A stretch of DNA of 64,000 bases from Octopus vulgaris. Taxonomy: Eukaryota. The notes beneath the pieces were generated by a model. That model was given only the letters and a program-made list of their open reading frames with translations, was not told the origin of the DNA and did no database searches. The translations under genes and the position numbers were made by a program. Location: the NCBI GenBank assembly GCA_951406725.2, contig OX597821.1, positions 10,230,001 through 10,294,000 on the forward strand, written 5' to 3'. Shown piece by piece: positions 25,300 through 38,910 of the stretch. The first letter of the stretch is position 1, and each line of letters starts with the position of its first letter.

Positions 25300-26760
25300 T
25301 CTCTTAAAAATGGCTAGATACAAGATAATTGTAGTTGACTTCAAAAGCAGAATAATGGAAATCAATGCGAAACAAAATGTTAGCGAATTTATTCAGGTTT
25401 TAACCGGTTGTCTACATTACTATAGACACAATATTCGAAAATATTTGATCAGTTCCATATGCATTAATTATATATTCCCATATGTTAAGTGATCACGTTA
25501 AACTAATTGTTAATCTCACTGGGAAGCCAAATAATGATATGGTTTAGCATAAATGCTTTATTAATATCACACGATCTTATCTCCACAATTCATTTGTGAC
25601 TTTGTGACTATAAAAGAAATTTGCATGTCCTTAATTATGCAGTAACGCAGAACATTATACATATGTCAGGAAAGTTAACTTTATTACATCTTGCTTGTAA
25701 AATATCAAACTAGCTGAGGAAACACATGCAGCGACTCCCATTGCATTTTCAAATCAAGGTTAATGCATTGCTCTTGGCCTTCTGCATAGAATTGCTGTCA
25801 ATGTGAACGCTGTAACGACAACATGAATGAAAGAATGATAGCGACAGATTTGACTCAATACGTGAAACAAGCAGCTTAATGGTAATTTTCAAGAAATTAC
25901 CGGACGGAGATATTATCTTTCTGTTGTTTATGTACGATATTTATCAAATTCGATTTATGACGTCTGTGACAGATCGAAACTAAGATGGAGAAGTACTTTA
26001 GCATTATTGCCAATGCAACTGATAAATCGACAGCTTTCTAAATGATTTTGGTTCCGAATTTAGATATATTGTATTATATTTGATTATCGAACAGAGTTAA
26101 ACAGTAGTATTGAAAATAGGCAGCATTTACTCACAATGGTGTTTACAATGATGGCGTGGAAGAAATATTTTGCTAGACGTTTTAATTTCTGTCTGTAGCT
26201 GAAATCATTCGACGTTGTAGAAATGAATATAATACGTGAACCTTTCATTTATAATCTAAACAATCGGGATTTCTTGGCACATCTATCTGAAATTTCCAAT
26301 GTATAGATTAACGTATGAAAATACATACGCATGTTCGAGCGTGTGTCTGTTTAGATGAGGTACTGTCCATTGACGTCTGCATTTAAAAAAAAGTCTCGGT
26401 TTTGATCATCGATGACTATTGAACGGCGCTACAATGTTATTGATTTTGTCGCTTAGTTGGAATTTCCAAAACAATATATCAATTGACTTGGAATTAAAAC
26501 CTTAAAAATTGAGTTCTTACTTTATTACCTGCTATCATCATGTTCGGCCGATTAAATCACAATCTCTAATAAAATTTATAAGTGAAAACTGGAGAGTAAT
26601 TGTCCCAGATAACATAATGAAACGAAGTAACAGACTCAGACGAACTAACGTGGATTGTTATATGAGCTCGATCCACTTGCAGTATATTACAGATCATGCT
26701 AAAATTATACATTTAAGAATGTAACTCGATCATGGCGGCAATGAATTTCTGGAACGCTCT
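25300..26760 (+). pseudogene. Possible highly eroded hAT-type transposase
   Basis: Scattered motifs only: 'IANATDK' (cf. PIAxALDKLQ) and C-terminal 'NIMKRSNRLRRTNV' (cf. hAT dimerisation domain KRRNRL). Confidence 0.3.
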
Positions 26761-27109
26761 GTTCTTCGGTGATGCTAATGCTCTAAATATACTGCTGAAT
26801 AATAATAAAAGAATAACATTGTGTTTAAAAAAAAAATCTTAATACTGAACAAAATCAAATAAATTAAATATCAGAACACAAGAGATGGGAGTGGGAGGAA
26901 AAGACAGCTTCGAGAAAAATCTAGTTTTGGTATACTCTACGCGCAAAAAAGCATGCAAAAATTACATATAATTCATTTGATTTAACGAATTTTCCAATGA
27001 CTTTCAAATATATTAATTTTGTCGCTTATAACTTGTTATTTTAAATGCTGAGGAATTCATAAAGCACTTTGTATGTTTCGACATACATATTCTACGAAAA
27101 GGCATGTGC

Positions 27110-27144
27110 TAATAATACTACTGCTGCTGCTGCTGCTGCTGCCT

Positions 27145-27187
<43 letters not shown>

Positions 27188-27230
27188 AACTACTACTACT
27201 ACTACTACTGCTGCTGCTGCTACTACTACT
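27110..27230. repeat. (CTG)n/(CTA)n microsatellite
   Basis: Directly visible. Confidence 0.95.
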
Positions 27231-27544
27231 AAACGTTGGTGTAATTTTGGTCTTGCTTGATTTAACTGTAAGCAAGCAAACGAAGCATTTAAGAAACCCC
27301 GTTCCATTAATAAAATCTGTTAAATCTTTATCAAAATACATAGCATCTAAGTGGTTGGATTCGTATAATTTCTGCATTTTAATTCTAAGATTAGAAATCA
27401 AGTGCCCGGAATAGGAAATAATCTATATTTCTTAATTTTCTACAATTTGTATCATCTCAGTCTCATTTAATATAAAATCCCATTCCTCTTGCATTTATAA
27501 TTATTTGATTGCATACTTGAGTACCTCTCACAATATCAATCACG

Positions 27545-27574
27545 TGTATATGTATGTATGTATATATATGTGTG

Positions 27575-27622
<48 letters not shown>

Positions 27623-27625
27623 CAT

Positions 27626-27668
<43 letters not shown>

Positions 27669-27707
27669 TATATACACACACACATATATAATTATATACA
27701 TATACAT

Positions 27708-27790
<83 letters not shown>
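27545..27790. repeat. (TA)n/(CA)n microsatellite
   Basis: Directly visible. Confidence 0.95.
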
Positions 27791-27792
<2 letters not shown>

Positions 27793-27804
27793 ATTAGGGT
27801 CTTA

Positions 27805-28261
27805 AGCAACGCCTATATTCCTAAGAATAATAGGTAAACCACTTTAATGTTGTAGTTAACGCATGTAAATGAAAACATATACACTAACAAGGTCCATATT
27901 GTCCGAAAAGTGCCGATCTAGAATTATTAATATTAATGTGTTCCGTTTCCGTCTATTTCCGTTGCCCCATCAGTTAAGACAGCTCCACTTCGGATCTTTC
28001 CGCACTCGCGTCGCCATTTGAATTTATGTTTACGTCATCCAAATAAATGGATGATTTAGTAATTCGATAATGTGTATACATAAAATTAAAATACACATCA
28101 ATTCTTAATATTGCAACAAAGAGGGGTATTTCAACAAAAAGGAGTCACGAAATGCCAGGAGGGTGTAAGGGAAAGCTTATATTACAAGAAATAAGAGCTA
28201 AACCGCTCCAGGGCTGTACTTAATGCAATAGAATGAAAACATATACATTAACAAACACAGG

Positions 28262-28340
<79 letters not shown>

Positions 28341-28912
28341 AGAGAGAGAGAGAGAGTGAGAGAGAGAGAGAAAGAGATATGTGGAGGCGCAATGGCCCAG
28401 TGGTTAGGGCAGCGGACTCGCGGTCGTAGGATCACGGTTTCGATTCCCAGACCGGGCGTTGTGAGTGTTTATTGAGCGAATAAACCTAAAGCTCCGCGAG
28501 GCTCCGGCAGGGGTGGTGGCTATCCCTTCTGTACTCTTTCGCCGCAGCTTTCTCTCACTCTTTCTTCTGTTGGCTTGCTCGCTTAGCCAGCGGGGTGGCG
28601 TCATTTGAAGGCTAAAACAATGCGAAGCGCATTGTGACCAGCGATGTGTAGCAACATACTGATAGCCTGGTCGATCCCGTGATATATATAGATATGTTTA
28701 TATAATTGTCCGAAAAGGGCCAATCCAGAAAGACGATCGAGCTGTCTTAACTGATGAGGTAACTGAAATCGCCAATAGTAATGCGTCAATATTAAGAACT
28801 CTCGTTCGGTACTATGCCGTTCTATGTTAGGGTATATGTTTTCAATCATGTGCGTTAACAACAGCATTAGAACGGTGTAGCTCTCTTATTTCTTGCAATG
28901 TAGGTGTTTCCC
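27805..28912. repeat. Diverged repeat in three copies: 27805-27985 (+), 28170-28255 (+, partial), 28735-28912 (-)
   Basis: Shared blocks TTAAYGCA..TGAAAACATATAC..TAACA and CATCAGTTAAGACAGCTC (reverse complement at 28740-28757). Confidence 0.7.
28383..28682 (+). mobile_element. SINE family C, tail type 1
   Basis: tRNA-like head GGAGGCGCAATGGCCCAGTGGTTAGGGCAGCGGACTCGCGGTCG..GGTTTCGATTCCC; inserted in a TA/GA microsatellite. Confidence 0.9.
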
Positions 28913-29046
28913 AGTAGCCTAGTCGTATTTAGTAGCATGTCAATTTTCTTTTTTAATGGGGCATTGCAAACACCCGTTTATATATAAATATATGTACATA
29001 TATATATATATACATATATACGTACACACACAAACACACGCACACA

Positions 29047-29130
<84 letters not shown>

Positions 29131-29250
29131 CTGGCCTGCTCGCTTAGCCAGCGGGGTGGCGTCGTTCGAATGCTAAAACAATGCGAACGCATTGTGACCA
29201 GCGATGTGTAGCAACATCTGATGGTCTGGTCGGTCACGTGATCACGTGAT
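29131..29250 (+). mobile_element. 5'-truncated SINE family C tail
   Basis: Near-identical to 28570-28683; within (TA)n. Confidence 0.85.
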
Positions 29251-29256
29251 ATATAT

Positions 29257-29298
<42 letters not shown>

Positions 29299-29323
29299 AA
29301 ATAAGCAACAAGAATGACTCCGG

Positions 29324-29412
29324 TAATTTGGTACGATCGTTTCGTACTACATCATTTTATTAAATGTTGTATTACAACACTTTTAAAATGCTGAGCACTC
29401 ATCAGCCAATTA
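29324..29412 (-). ncRNA. Type I hammerhead ribozyme, apparently intact
   Basis: Minus strand: UAAUUGG-CUGAUGA-GUGCU..(long hairpin)..AGUAC-GAAA-CGAUCG-UA/CCAAAUUA. Both core boxes perfect, stems I and II pair, stem III is palindromic ACGAUCGU, GUA cleavage triplet. Confidence 0.85.
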
Positions 29413-30204
29413 TAGAGGTTTTCCATTAATAGAAACATTTTCATATCAAGTGGCAACATTATAGAGAAGGTAGATACATAGACAAAGATGTGGATTTAAA
29501 TTTTAAGAACATTTGAGGTAGTGGAACCCATCAACTGACTGACTAAGATTCAGCTGTTCCAGACGTCTGTAAGGTTCTGAGAAGGAAGAACAAATGAGAG
29601 GAGACAATAAAGATTTTCTAAATATAGAAATGTGGTAAAGGGGATGTCATAGCTCCATATAAGGAATTTATGTGGAAGACAGCATTGTCACAACTAAATG
29701 CCAATTACTACTATTTGATGAGCAGATTCGGCTTTAGGAGATCTAGGTCAACGTCAAATTGTCACAATAAAATTCACAGAGAATGCAGAGACCTTACAGA
29801 ACCTATGCATATAATCACAACAGTTGGTCAATAAGTTCCAAGTACTTTGCCACGTTAGAATAAAGGAAAAAATATAAATCTAAAATTTATTAAAATTTGG
29901 AAAAAGAGACTATCACTTATTATGAGAAGGCATAGTACTTATTAACTGGGGGAAAAAGCCTTATTAATCAATTGAACATATTACGGGTCAAAATATATAC
30001 TAAGAAGATGGAAGTGGGAAATCAAAGAAGGAAGATATTCAAATGTTTAGTAGAAAGCGATATTTTATAATATGAAGAGATATAATTTAGAAGAGTAAAT
30101 TATTCAAATTTCATGGATAGTGAGTTGATATTAATGAATTAAAATATAGGATCTAGTGGAAATAAAATTTACTACCTGCGGGTAAAAGTTAATTAGTTAG
30201 GTAA

Positions 30205-30708
30205 AAATATCTTAGGTTAATTATATATTAAGAAATGGGAGTGAGATAATCAAGATGAACCAAATAGTTTCCCTAGGGACATAGGATTAATACTACTTAA
30301 TATTGGAGAACATTATAAAAAAGAAGAATTTAATTCTAAGTTTGCAATGAAATTTTTAATCATTTATGATTTAATACTGGTTTAGTCATAGACCAGTATG
30401 GTATATTCGTTCCTATTTGGTTAAATATATTTTGTAAAGATATCTTAGACTAATTATATATAAAGAAATAGAAGTGAGATAATCAAGGTGAATTGAATAG
30501 TTTCTTTAGGGACATAGGATTCATACTATTTAGTATTCCTACTATTTGGGATTCATGCTATTTAGGATTCCAACTACTTAGATTCATACATTTTAATTTA
30601 AGAAAAAAGAAGAATTCAATTTTAAGTTTGCAGTGGTGTTATTTTAGTCATATATAAATATTAAATTGAAAGCTAATATGGTATATACCTTCTTATTTGG
30701 TTATAAAC
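30205..30708. repeat. Two diverged tandem units (~230 and ~270 bp) in the PLE 3' region
   Basis: ATATCTTAG..TAATTATATAT..AGTGAGATAATCAAG..TAGGGACATAGGATT..AAGTTTGCA..TATGGTATAT..TATTTGGTTA starts at 30205 and again at 30436. Confidence 0.8.
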
Positions 30709-31381
30709 AATTAAAATTTGAAAAATATAGGAATATTCACAAAATTATTAGTTAAAGTATTTAAACGTTCGGGTCGTACGATGTATACAAGATACCCTAC
30801 TCCAAACGGTTATTCAATAGATTTGTATTATTCTGATGTTTCAAAATTTCATAAGTTTCCATAGAACAAAGTTGACAACCATCCCTACTATTTCTATGAG
30901 GTTGCCCTCTTCTAACTATATCCCATTTTAGGTTGAATTCTATATTATTTGTTTTTAGTTCCCAAATTTTACGAGATAATGTTGTGCAACCTGCCTAAAA
31001 GAGGTAAAATGATTGTTAAGACGTTTCTTAAAATCAACCGAACAACCGAAATACAGAAAGCTATTGTTTGAAGTTATTATCGTGCATTTATAAATCACGT
31101 TTTGGACTGAACAACGGCCAGATACCGGACATTTTGATCTAATCCTACAATTACAACTGGGGGTATAGTGTCCGCGACTATTTAAGGACAGTTCACTTCC
31201 ATTACTGTTATTTAAATTATTGTTAGTTTTAGTATTATTTTCACTATTAGCAATTACGTTGTTATGCAAACTAGGGTTACTAATTATTAATCTATCCTCA
31301 TTATTATCACCTACCATACTTTTATCTATGCCACCTATATTATTGATATTGCTATTATCACTATTTACATGTTGTTATTAA

Positions 31382-31439
<58 letters not shown>

Positions 31440-31472
31440 TTCATTCGATATTATTATTAATTATTATCAGTA

Positions 31473-31525
<53 letters not shown>

Positions 31526-33630
31526 ATTATTGCTATTTTTACAATTATTATCACTATCATTTTTGTTACTATTCATTCTACTCCTGGCTAACTTAATGTT
31601 TTTACTATTAAGTCTAGCTATTATGGTAGCCATATTTGGGAGAGTGGAATATGAAATTCTCACTGATCTCTTAGAAATTATTTTATGATATTTTTGGGAG
31701 GCTGGAAATTTTAGCGGTCGTTTCTCCTGTTGGTGAATGTAGGATGAGGACATTTTGTCCCATATTTTAATGTTTAAAATGATCTGCGTGGAAATCGAAT
31801 CTTCCTGGCATAGTTTAATATCAATAATATTGCGAACTGGTTATTTGAATTGGTTTCCAATATTCTTTTTGTATATATTCGTGTTTTGAGACAAATTTGC
31901 TTCAGTCTTGGGAGAGTCGTTACACCAAAAGTAAAATCACACGCTTAGGTTCAGGTCCATATATTTATTGTTAGTCATCTTTTTTAAATATCTAAAAAGC
32001 TAATTAATCGATCGTTTGTTTAATGTGGTGGTTAAACAAACATTAAACAAACTAGCCAACCGTCACCCTTTTAAATACTTGGCTCTCTTTGCTTTTGTTA
32101 TTGGTTAGTCTCATATGTGCTGAAGATTTATGGGTTTTGCTTCTAGTTCTTTTATGTGGTTTGAAGCTTAAAATGAAGTAGGTGTGTGTGAACATCTGTG
32201 TGAAGTTAAGTGTGTCTGCGCGTGTATCTATTCACATATGTGTGAGTCAGCGTATGTATGCGTACCGGTGTGAGTATATAATTGCGTGTTTGTGTTCTTG
32301 AGCGTTTGTTTCTTCTTGCGTGCCTGTACATGCATGTGTCTGTGCATGTATGTGTGTATGCGTGCGCGTGCCTGTGCGTACGCATCTGTATGTGTACATA
32401 AGTGGATGTGTGTTTCGTTATATATTCTTGTGTTCCTGTCTATATATTTATGTGTGAGACCTCATACTGAACGTGGGGTCTGCGCATAAATAATGTAAAC
32501 AAATCCCTCGTGATATTTTCTCTTACTCCTTAAGAATTTTGTCAAAGCACCACCCCCCCCAGGGAATATAAGTTATCTGATATTGAGCGTAGGAAACTGA
32601 ATATCAAAGACGCTTTGATGAGATTCGCATTGGTCTGTATTAGCCAATGTCTATGCCTCCAGCAATATCAGTCGTATGAAGCTCTCCTAATTTGATGCAA
32701 GTTCACTTTTCATAATACAAAAACATTTATTGTACACGTCTTGACTTTGAGTAAGAATTTCTGGATACAGACTGACTGTCAACTCATTTAACGGATTGTT
32801 TTCATATCGCATGGAAATCATAATTCTGCTCTGTAGTCTTTGATATAGAATTATCAGTTGTGTAGTAGTTTAAATATAAAAGTAGAGAAATATAAAAGAA
32901 AATATCAGTATTTGTAAGCACTAAATGAGTATGAAAACTGGACTACAGATAGTAATATGTATAACATCTATAATCGTCAAATATATGCATCCGTTCCGTT
33001 GTTCTACTCTTTTTAATCGAACGAAAAAATATACTGCACATATAAATATCTCTAAGATTTATTATCACACTTTCGGAATATCACGGATGTAATCCCATTA
33101 ACGCATCTCCGTGGAAGGTTTATCACTTCAGATTGCTAAATATTTTCATCAAGCAACGTCCTCTCTTGTATGTTTGCATGATTCAAATGGAATTATATGA
33201 GATGGATTTCCCCCTGCAGGATGATGTCCTTCCACCTATATTAACATATTAGCACATTTTAAGGTAATATTACTCTATGTCCATGGACATCCGGGAATGA
33301 ATACTAGCTATCCGATGTCACTTGGTCGAATACGTATTTAATTATTAGTACTCTCAAATTTAGAATTGAAGACGGAAATAAGTGAGTAAATATAATAAAA
33401 AATTACATCTCTTTAATCCAGAAATGTGTATATGGTTGATCAAAGCCTGGTGGATTCGTTATAGTTTCTCTTTACCTCCATGAATTGAGAATATTGCTCT
33501 CTGGGAGATATCTTATGGAATATGAATAATATTTTACTGCTATTTCAAAATTTCGGTAAGTGGTGAAGCAGTTTGCTGAACCCTAATTATAATTATGCTT
33601 CAAATTATAGAATTGTGTACATTCGTAAAT

Positions 33631-34255
33631 ATCCTTACGCTTCGTACACATTTATAATTCATAGCTATTTACTACTATAGCGCCTGCGATACATCTATAT
33701 CACTGCTGGTGATATCATCAATTTTAGAATTTATCCACAGATGATGTGACATCTGATTTCAAATTTTAGTGGTTGAATGTTTTGCTTATAATATTTTATG
33801 CACCATGCGCTCTGTTTTTATTGCAAAACATGGTCAGAGTTTAACGTGACAGTTATGGATTATGACCCGGTAGGCCACACTGACGAGGCTCAGGGTTTAA
33901 ATACTCAGATGCCGAAACCTGGTTTGTAGATACCCTTAATTGCATAATATTTTTATTTGTGCTGTTAAATGTTTTCGCCCTGTCTGTTTTCCTCGCATAC
34001 TGTTTTTCTCTGTTATCTCGGTGTGGTACGGTGGATACATTTAAGATCTTAGCTCTTATTTCTAGCAAGTAGATGCTTGTTATGCATCCTTACGCTTCGT
34101 ACAAATTTATAATTCATACCTATTTAATGGTATTGCGTCTACGATCCACCTATGTCACTGCTGGTGATATCATCAATTTTAAAATTTATCCACAGCTGAT
34201 ATGAACACTAGTGACATCTGATTTCAAATCTCAGTGTTTGAATGTTTTGCTTATA
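33631..34255 (+). repeat. Local direct duplication (~160 bp; 33631-33790 and 34087-34255)
   Basis: ATCCTTACGCTTCGTACA..TCACTGCTGGTGATATCATCAATTTTA..GTGACATCTGATTTCAAAT..TTGAATGTTTTGCTTATA in both copies. Confidence 0.85.
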
Positions 34256-35145
34256 TATATATATATATCTAAAGCTTTTGTTAGGTAGCAATTCTCCTCT
34301 ATTCAACCCACAAGCTGACGTCCTCTCGGAGATATATTTACAAAAACGACGTTTCAAATATCTCGCTGTGAGACTGAACCTCATGTAGTATGATGGGAAG
34401 CAAGCTTCTCAACCACATCACCGCGTCTGCGTTGTAATGCAGCCTACACCTGTGAAGTCTATATCTGTTCATACGTCCACATTCTGCAACCACGTCTTCG
34501 TCTGTTACAATGTTGCACTTTTTACCATGACTGTTCTCTTTGTCACGTTTGCACCTATACCCTAATTCGAGAGATACGTATATTTTGGATTTTTTGAGTT
34601 GCTAATCGGCATGAAATATTTAATATATTTTAAATGTAATAAAATTTGTGAGTCTGCGATTAATAATTGGATCTAAGGTCATTACAGAGAATGCGTTGTA
34701 CACATAACAAGTTTTGATATGATAGGTTGGTTTTCTTAAAATGCTCACCGTTACCATATGTATTGTTTCACCTTATGTCGATGCTCATTTCTTTTTCGAA
34801 TTCAAGGGAACGGATATTTAACCGAACTCAATTTTAAGCGTGTTTTAATATTATCAAAATTATATTAAGTAGTGCAGTGAGTTATGCTAGAATTAACAGC
34901 CATGTCAGCAGACAGCAATAGGCATTATTATTAGTTTCTACAATAGGCACTGAAAAACGGACTAAGTCATTGAATGTATGTGATTATGCTGAAGAGCCAA
35001 CATGCCCAGATGTCGATACTTTAATTTCGTTTTCGTCTGTTAATAATGTGTATATTAAAATTTATAAAAATGATTTCATTAATATTACATCAATGTCGGT
35101 TGTAGACTTTCAAAATGCATTATGCTTACTGATTAGAGATATTCG

Positions 35146-35146
<1 letters not shown>

Positions 35147-35209
<63 letters not shown>

Positions 35210-35210
35210 G

Positions 35211-35273
<63 letters not shown>
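35147..35273. repeat. (TA)n microsatellite
   Basis: Directly visible. Confidence 0.95.
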
Positions 35274-35277
<4 letters not shown>

Positions 35278-35438
35278 ACAGAGGGGACAAACAAGGACAG
35301 ACAAGGGATTAAGTATACCCCAGTGCGTAACTGGTACTTAATTTATATGAAAGGCAAATCGACCTCGGCGGATATCAGAACGTAAACAACAGACGAATTT
35401 CGCCCGGCGTGCTAACGTTTCTACCAGCTCACCGCCTT
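35274..35438 (-). mobile_element. SINE family A with several short internal deletions
   Basis: Reverse complement matches the 5093-5280 head and body. Confidence 0.85.
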
Positions 35439-38400
35439 TAATATATATATATATATGCACAGATACATATAAATACATATAACTACCTTTATATATGCAC
35501 GAATATATATACACATATACATTACATATATATATGCATGTATGTATGTATTTATAGTTATATGAATTTGTATGTGCGCCATCTCTATAAAAAATTTTCC
35601 TTTATTTTATCAGTCAATTCTTTAGAATAAAACTCATTTCCTGTATTACGTTCAATTTTCTAGATTGTCCATTATATGTCTAGTTATTCGATATATTTTA
35701 TTACATATTTTTCGATTATTCAATTAAGAAAATGAATACTAAAATAAATATAAATAAACAAAACATAATGAGGAGGACATGAATTTAATGGGGAGGAAAT
35801 GAATCCATCAAAACATTTACTTTAGGGTAAATATGAAATGAAACAATTTTAAAATTAAAACGCTAAACGTAAACGGGTAAACTGGACAGTTTCTATCTCC
35901 TAACTTGGGTGATGCGAATAGTATTCTGAACGAATCTAACTTTTCAAACCCTTCCTAATTGCATTACTGACTGTGCAGGCACTGAGAACAGAGAAAATGT
36001 ATGACCATTTTACCAGATCAAAATATGAGTATCATTTCTCTACCATTAACAATCTTATTCCTCACTCACAACCGTCTTCAAATTATATGTATTATCTTAC
36101 ACTTCATTCGATAATAGAACATGATTCAATAACCCCCTCCGTCTCCTTCTCTCTCTCTCATTCTATCATTCACTCTGTTTCACTTCATGTGCTACGCTCA
36201 GAAGTATAGTTGGCCGTTTGCGTCCAAGGTATACTTTGAAGATTTATGATTTTTCCGGAGTGTGATACATCATCATCCTTTTGTTAGCCGCCAGATTCTT
36301 TACAATTCTTTACAATTCTTATGGCTAGTATTTTACTCTGGTGCCACAAGTCGTGTTTAACTTTTTGTTAACTAGCTTTGTAAATATAGTATCAAATCAT
36401 ATATTGATATTTCTGGGCTTGTGCAACGTATATCAAAGAGCCAACAATCTTCTAACATTCTGTATGCACTAGCACCATCCACGTCTGCTATATAATTGTT
36501 CTTTCAAAGGAACTACTACTACAGGCCAAGCTGTCCTGACATCCGTGGTGGCTAATAGGAACTGCATAATCACCTGCATCCAAAAGGCAGTGCCACGTCA
36601 CCGTATGAAATGTAATACATTGGTTTACTAATCGAAAGCCATGTGAGGAAAAAAAATAAATCTATAGGGATAGGTTAGTAATGAATGGAAAAATCTTTCA
36701 TTATAGGTATAAAAGAAGAGTCTATAGATTAAGATTAAACAAAAAATTAGATTTAAATCAACGTTTAACGTTAGATATATTAGTCAAATCACTTACAAAT
36801 TACACATACCCAACATTTGAGAGAAAACATACATTGTGTCAAGTAAAATTTCTACGTAAATTGGCTTGAAGATACAGTAGAATAGTAGCACATGCAACGA
36901 AGAAAACGATAGTTCACTTGATGCGTGCAGAAATGCGATAAATCAAATACATTATCAGCTGCAACAGAGACAACAGCCATGTGAATTGTGGTTAAAACCC
37001 TCCCGAAAAAGTCGACGTCAAAAGAATAAAAATAAGAAAACTGTTCACAATAAAGTTTGTCTTTTGTTTCCTTCGGTTGAAACCGCCAGAATGTCTGAAA
37101 CGAAACTAAAGAGAAGCCCTTGTGGCTTATAAGGTATCGATAATAAAATTGAATTTAATAACAGGAGGAAATATACGATAATTACAACGGCTTTAGTGTT
37201 GTTATTTGTAGTAGCGATGGTAATGATAGTGCTAATGTATTTCGATATCATAATAATAATGTTGGCGATGTAGCTTTTAGCGTGGATTTGATTTTAGTGA
37301 TGCTGCTGGTGAACATACTGAGGGCCTTTAAAGTAATGAAAGTCGGATGCTGATAATGATATTGGTAATTATGATAAAGTTACTGTTGGTGGTGATCGCT
37401 TCGTGAATGCCTGGTCGATGTTGTATAATGGAAATGGGGTCTGAAACGAAGTGATCATGAAAACCTTGAGACGTGTTGTAAAGGAAACGTTATATGATGT
37501 TCAGTGTGATGGAGACGACGGTGATTTTGATGACCAATAAATATTTGTGTATGCATGTGTTTGTAACTGCATATACATCTGTTTATAGGTGTATACAATA
37601 ACCCGGCGTAGATTTAATATAGGGATTGGTGTTTGAATCCCACTCAAAGCGATTATGAGTGTGTACCTGTATTTCATTTACACATACTTGACTGTAGCTT
37701 TCCACTATAAAATCCATGACACCAACCATACCTGTAGGGATTGGTAACCTGTCTCTGGTAATTCCCGCGACTGACCACTTCACTCAAAAATATTGCTTCT
37801 TAGTAGTGTATTCCAAACCAGGATCTCACACACTTTATCATGTATTTGAATCAGGAGATTATCTTCTTATACAACATGCATTATATTTGTTCTGAATTCA
37901 TGATCTTTCATATTTCATAACTTGTAAATTATCCTGTTCTTACTACTCCCTTAGTGTATTGATACTCTCGGTCACAAAATGGGATATAGCATGGTAACAG
38001 TGGTTTCCCCGCCTCGATCTATATATTGCTACCGTTCCTCATGTCTTCAACTTATTCTTGAAGGTTTTCCATGTTTTAATAAGTCTTCGAACTGTAGGTA
38101 AACACTCAGTTGTCGAAGCGATGAATGAAGCTCTTAAGAAAGAAACAGAACTGAAGAAAGAAAAAACGGAAGGACTTATAATGTTTGCATGACACCAGTC
38201 ACTGCCGACGTATGTCAATAAAGGAAAATGAGACAAAGAGCGAAAAGAGCTACGTGTAGATTATGTAATGAGAGAGTGGAATCTGCTATGCATATAGCAC
38301 GTTCCTTTATTCCTGGGACGTATTACGGCAAAAGGTATTTGAAATAAAAAGAGAATGTGCCGAAATCAACCAGAATGTGTATAAGAGAACGATTAACATA

Positions 38401-38793
38401 CGCTTTCATAAGATTTTGCAGTATACGCTGACCACTGACTTCAAGCAAAAGGACCAGAATTTACCGTTCTGGACAAGCGGTAAAAGAGTACAGTGTCATA
38501 GATAAGGCTATATTTGTGGATAGAATGTAGCGGTGAAAGATCAGGGTAAATAAAATAATAGCTCAGGGAAATGCAAAAACTGAGATAGTTTTCTAGAAGA
38601 TTAATCCGAGGTGTTATGGTTGTTCAAGAATCCGTCACCAACAGCTATATTATTATATTGAATTCGTTATGACAGTCTGAGTTGCATTAATACAGAAACC
38701 TGCTCTAGTAAGAAATTTACTTATTATCAATAGAAACTGGTTGTGAGCCCGTATCAAAGACATTGATTCCAAATACAGAAAATTTGTGCGTAA

Positions 38794-38794
38794 C

Positions 38795-38888
<94 letters not shown>

Positions 38889-38910
38889 TGATAATAATGA
38901 TAATAATAAT
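38794..38910. repeat. (AAT)n microsatellite
   Basis: Directly visible. Confidence 0.95.

Larger units (their letters stand above)
29297..31760 (-). mobile_element. Penelope-like element, Naiad-like, 5'-truncated (RT C-terminus, Asn-rich linker, GIY-YIG endonuclease, long 3' region with HHR)
   Basis: 'FPASQKYHKIISKRSVRISYSTLPNMATII' (31457-31753); 'CNCRIRSKCPVSGRC..VIYKC..YFGCSVDFKKRLNNH' (30955-31317); after a frameshift 'IWELK..LKWDIV..CQLCSMETYEI..LLNNR'. Confidence 0.88.

Noticed and set aside
28383-28455. tRNA-like sequences (also 19239, 40835-40907, 52083, 59607)
   Set aside because: They continue into SINE bodies and lack a proper acceptor stem and terminator, so they are not tRNA genes.
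30800-31160. Selenoprotein-type Naiad (UGA at Cys positions, SECIS)
   Set aside because: The Cys positions read as normal Cys codons here, and no SECIS could be identified by eye.
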